Positions 60,733 to 64,000 of a stretch of 64,000 nt of DNA are shown here, in pieces. A program made the translations under genes and the position numbers. A model generated the notes under the pieces. That model searched no databases. It had not been told where the DNA came from and saw only the letters and a list, made by a program, of their open reading frames with translations. Source of the DNA: Candidatus Dojkabacteria bacterium (lineage in GTDB: Bacteria > Patescibacteriota > Dojkabacteria > SC72); NCBI GenBank assembly GCA_040767225.1, contig JAXGOY010000001.1, forward strand, positions 31,128 to 95,127, in the 5' to 3' direction. Position 1 is the first letter of the stretch; each line of letters begins with the position of its first letter.

Positions 60733-61843
60733 TTCCTAATACTACCACAATTAGTGATATAATGAGATATTTGTATTTATCCCATATACTTTCTTCTGTT
60801 TCTTTTTCTTCTGTTTTAGTTTCGTCTTTCGTATCAGTTTCTACTTCCTCTTCCTGTTGTGCAGTAGTCTCTTCCCCTGCTACTTCTCCTGTACTAGTTG
60901 TTTCCTGCTCCTGCTGTGTAGTGGTTTCTTCTCCTGCTACTTCTTCACTTTCCTGTGATGTTGATGTCTGTGTCTGTTCTACAACTGTAACAACATTATC
61001 AGTAACCAGAGCAGATACATTGCTGTACTCATCTACTGCTCTTACTGCATAGTAATATTCTTTTGAGCAGTCAGCTGGTGTATCAGTATATGTTGATAAT
61101 GCATTTGGTGTAACAGTAAGATATGGTTTTGTAATTAGTGTTGTATCATCTGCATAGAATGATTTCTGATTATCAGATCTAAATATCTGTACTTTTGATG
61201 TTGATGATTTGAATTTCAGAGTATATGTACATACTGTTTTCTCTTTTGAATATTCTGTTACTGGAGATGGTTTGTCTGCTACTTTTACAGTAACTACTTC
61301 TGATTCTGCTCCTTCTCCATCAGTAGTTGATGCTATGGCTTTAAAGTAGTATGTTCCACTTCCTGTAACTATACTTTGATCTACCTTACAATCTCCACTG
61401 TTTGTTGTTTTAGATATATCAAAATTAGAGAAGTTTACTCCATCAAGAGAGTACTGACATTGTACAGTTATTGGTTTTACTGGTATTGAGAGTGCTACAT
61501 ATGTAATATTAAACTCTCTATCAGTTATACCTATTTTAGGTTCTTCTAATCTAACACTTACTTTTGCAGTAGTTTGAGCATATGTTTGAACTGGTTTAAG
61601 TAGTGTAAATATACCAATAGCAAATACAAAAGTTATTACTAAGATACTTGTTTTTCTCTTTTTAAAGAATAGTAAGAAGATTCCTAATATCATAGATATT
61701 AATGCTCCCAATGTTATATATGTTTCTGCACCTGTTTTGGGTAATATAAGAGTAGTGGATGCTCCTAATACTTCTCCTCCATCTTCTATTGGTTCTATTA
61801 CTAATACTTTTGTTCCTACAAAGTTGTCTCCCAGTATTCTGTA
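60698..61843 (-). CDS. C-terminal part of a surface (poly)protein: LPKTG-TM-KKRK, second signal peptide, FN3-like domains, C-terminal TM anchor
   Basis: Open frame from 61843: ..GEVLGASTTLILPKTGAETYITLGALISMILGIFLLFFKKRKTSILVITFVFAIGIFTLLKPVQTYAQ...YYYAVRAVDEYSN...YLIISLIVVVLGSGIYNYIRRKK. Confidence 0.75.
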   Translation of the reverse strand, partial: YRILGDNFVGTKVLVIEPIEDGGEVLGASTTLILPKTGAETYITLGALISMILGIFLLFFKKRKTSILVITFVFAIGIFTLLKPVQTYAQTTAKVSVRLEEPKIGITDREFNITYVALSIPVKPITVQCQYSLDGVNFSNFDISKTTNSGDCKVDQSIVTGSGTYYFKAIASTTDGEGAESEVVTVKVADKPSPVTEYSKEKTVCTYTLKFKSSTSKVQIFRSDNQKSFYADDTTLITKPYLTVTPNALSTYTDTPADCSKEYYYAVRAVDEYSNVSALVTDNVVTVVEQTQTSTSQESEEVAGEETTTQQEQETTSTGEVAGEETTAQQEEEVETDTKDETKTEEKETEESIWDKYKYLIISLIVVVLGSGIYNYIRRKK

Positions 61844-61903
61844 TTAACATCTTCTGATTAGTGCATAACTGATTCCTAAGTACATCTCCACTATCTTTCT
61901 CTG

Positions 61904-64000
61904 CTAGTAAGGAGAATCTCCTTGTACAAATGCAATATCTTTGTAAAGGCCTGGTTCATTAAGAAGGTTTATTTTAGCAGTATATGTTAATGTTACTATT
62001 TCTCCTTCTTTCATATCTCCTAGATTCCAAGTTGCTAGTCCTTCATTGTATTCAGGTTCTGTAGTAATACTTCCTTTGATATTTCCTCTTACAGATGAGT
62101 TAGCTGTCCATGTACCAGACATATATTCAAATCCTTTTGGTAATATATCTGTTACTTTTACATTTTTAATTAGATATGTTCCTTTTTCTTCATTAGATGG
62201 TGCAGTTACTATTATTGTATACAGAACTGTACTTCCAGTTAGTAATCCGTCAATAGGGCTATCATTGTCTTTAGTTATTTTTAATTGTGAAGGAATTGCA
62301 TAGTTACCAAAGTTATATTCTAGACCAACTACAAAATTAGTTGACTGATCTCGATCTGACGGCTTCTCTGGCAACTGTATAATGTGACAGTTATCATCTT
62401 CATTAATTGGATAACTCTGGTTCCATCCTTCCTTTTGGACCTCACATACTTTGTATGTACCTGGGAACAGATGGTCAAACCAATACCATCCAAAATGAGT
62501 TTCTGTATCATCTGTATCCATACTCTTTAGAGGTGTTTCATCGAATCCTTCTTCATTCCCTTTATAGAGATTTATTGTCCAACCTGAAAGTAGTGGTTCC
62601 TCATCAGTTAATCCATCCATATCTATATCATTCCATTTATATCCATGTACAACCCCATTAGGAGTGTTATAGAAGGTACATATTGTATTACTATCTTTAC
62701 TTACATCAACAGAATACATAGTATATCCATCCAACGAACCGTTATTAATTCCACAATTCGCACCAACTATTTCATATCCAAGTTCAACATTTTCTTTAAC
62801 ATCGTAAGTACCTGTTTTAAGTTCAGAAAATACAATCTTTCCATTAAGGAAATCCGTTTTAGAAGATGAGGGATTACTTGTATCATTACTCACTCCGTCT
62901 ACATCAAATTCCCAATTTATACCCATGATTTGATCACCTGTTGTTGTTAAATCTCCGTCTTCATCTATTACTTTGTATACTGTTAGAGATCCAGTATCTC
63001 TTGTATTGGTGAATGTACATGTAATAGTTTCTCCTGCATCTAATTCAAGACTTTCAGCAGTTTCATTATCATTTATTGAACTAATACAACTTGTATTTGT
63101 TAATTCCCAACCAGAAGTAGTTAATTCTTCAATTGAGTATGAGCCTGGTGCTAACCATCCACTATCTATTGATTGATCATTTATTAGGAAGAAATTATCT
63201 CCCCAACTTGAATCAAATTCAAAGGCTTGTTGACTTTGGTCTGGCAAGGTTGTTAATTTCTCAACTATTATTTTTCCACCCTCTAATTCGACAGTAGCAT
63301 CATCTGTATCTGTATCAATAGATCCATCATTATCTGTTGCGGTAGCTGTTACCACATCAGTATAAAAACCAGGGTTACCGTTAACTGCTCCTGTAAATGT
63401 ACATGTATATATTCCTCCGTTAGCAGGAATAGTACCACCAGTAGCACAAGTATCTCGTCCATTTAGATTTCCATATATATTATCTGTTAAAGTTGTTAAT
63501 GTTACTGATTCTTTACTATTGTTTGTAACTACAACTGTAAACAAGACATCTCCACCAGGTACTGATAAAACAAGTGTACCAGCTGTCTTAGTTACTAAAA
63601 TTGTTGGTAATACATTACTAAAGTCTACTGTCGCATCATCTGTGTCTACTGCTTCTGTTTCATCATTGTCTACTGCCTTTCCTGTAAAGACATTAACATG
63701 ATCTGGTCCTGTATAATCTCCCTCCACCCACTTTGTAATACTAAAATCACATGTCGCTCCTGATGCTAATACTGTTCCTACTTTACAATCAGCATCTCCT
63801 GATAAAGTACCATATACACTATCACTTAGACTTTTAATTGTTACTGACTCCTCACTTGATGTGTTCTTAACTGTAAAGGTAAAGGTTACATTGCCTCCTG
63901 TCTCGGGGATTGCTGTTGGATTGGCTGTCTTAGTTACTTCAATTGTTGGTAATACATTACTAAAGTCTACTGTTGCATCATCTGTGTCTACTGCTTCTGT
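61904..64000 (-). CDS. Large repeat surface protein (DUF11-like, SpaA/SdrD-B-like domains); 5' end outside window, probably continuous with 60698-61843
   Basis: Frame is open from 64000; ~114-aa repeats, HGYKWND..DG...LSGWTINL SdrD-B-like, VLYTIIV...VTDILPKGFEY DUF11-like; same reading frame as the downstream ORF. Confidence 0.8.
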   Translation of the reverse strand, partial: TEAVDTDDATVDFSNVLPTIEVTKTANPTAIPETGGNVTFTFTVKNTSSEESVTIKSLSDSVYGTLSGDADCKVGTVLASGATCDFSITKWVEGDYTGPDHVNVFTGKAVDNDETEAVDTDDATVDFSNVLPTILVTKTAGTLVLSVPGGDVLFTVVVTNNSKESVTLTTLTDNIYGNLNGRDTCATGGTIPANGGIYTCTFTGAVNGNPGFYTDVVTATATDNDGSIDTDTDDATVELEGGKIIVEKLTTLPDQSQQAFEFDSSWGDNFFLINDQSIDSGWLAPGSYSIEELTTSGWELTNTSCISSINDNETAESLELDAGETITCTFTNTRDTGSLTVYKVIDEDGDLTTTGDQIMGINWEFDVDGVSNDTSNPSSSKTDFLNGKIVFSELKTGTYDVKENVELGYEIVGANCGINNGSLDGYTMYSVDVSKDSNTICTFYNTPNGVVHGYKWNDIDMDGLTDEEPLLSGWTINLYKGNEEGFDETPLKSMDTDDTETHFGWYWFDHLFPGTYKVCEVQKEGWNQSYPINEDDNCHIIQLPEKPSDRDQSTNFVVGLEYNFGNYAIPSQLKITKDNDSPIDGLLTGSTVLYTIIVTAPSNEEKGTYLIKNVKVTDILPKGFEYMSGTWTANSSVRGNIKGSITTEPEYNEGLATWNLGDMKEGEIVTLTYTAKINLLNEPGLYKDIAFVQGDSPY
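63599..64000 (-). repeat. Near-identical ~60-nt direct repeat, 342-nt period (domain duplication)
   Basis: ACAGAAGCAGTAGACACAGATGATGC(A/G)ACAGTAGACTTTAGTAATGTATTACCAACAATT at 64000-63941 and 63658-63599. Confidence 0.88.

Noticed and set aside
61844-61906. Stop-codon readthrough (TAG and TAA) joining the two surface-protein ORFs
   Set aside because: The in-frame text between the stops looks unnatural while neighbouring frames give plausible fragments; compensating indels explain it better.
1615-63701. Numerous 60-160 aa ORFs antisense to, or out of frame within, recognised genes (e.g. 5098-5496, 16941-17399, 29270-29749, 47039-47506)
   Set aside because: Shadow ORFs of well-supported genes, with Ser/Phe/Leu/Ile-rich composition and no recognisable motifs.
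1-64000. Alternative genetic code (UGA=Gly, as in Gracilibacteria/Absconditabacteria)
   Set aside because: Long conserved genes translate fully under code 11, Gly uses GGN codons, and TGA ends the 23822-24121 ORF. The broken genes are explained by indels, not by in-frame TGA.
1-64000. CRISPR array, tRNA, rRNA, IS element or prophage
   Set aside because: Intergenic gaps are almost all under 130 nt. No repeat-spacer pattern, cloverleaf, transposase, integrase or phage structural gene was recognised by eye; a tRNAscan/Infernal run would be decisive.

Overview
AT-rich, gene-dense chromosomal segment using the standard genetic code (TGA is a stop, Trp is TGG), with short intergenic spacers, many TAATG overlaps and no obvious Shine-Dalgarno motifs. 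The gene content suggests a Patescibacteria/CPR organism, most resembling Dojkabacteria or Microgenomates (inference). 1-10 kb: S10/spc ribosomal-protein cluster with tuf and fusA. rpmC is missing from its usual place, rpsL/rpsG are not upstream of fusA, and both elongation factors have altered guanine-recognition motifs (EF-Tu NTFG, EF-G NKIN instead of NKxD). 10-24 kb: TPR lipoprotein, Rpf-like protein, PcrA, and a minus-strand envelope operon (PGRP-like protein, 863-aa membrane HExxH protein, VirB6-like protein, Cys-rich and FN3 proteins). 24-49 kb: housekeeping genes (rsmE, rsmF-like, pnp, rpsO, infB, nusA, dnaJ, alaS, ruvX, mltG, holA, rpsT, lepA, recF) mixed with a sortase and surface proteins. 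49-54.5 kb: PrgI/VirB4-like trio and a Lon-like AAA protein with no protease domain. 54.5-60 kb: sufS, dcd, thyX, glyA, folD. 60-64 kb: a second sortase beside a large repeat surface protein whose LPKTG-TM-KKRK sorting signal runs in frame straight into a second signal peptide and a second anchored protein, an apparent surface polyprotein and the best candidate for a novel system. The last ~6 kb carries several single-base indels that look like sequencing errors. No rRNA, tRNA, CRISPR array or IS element was recognised.
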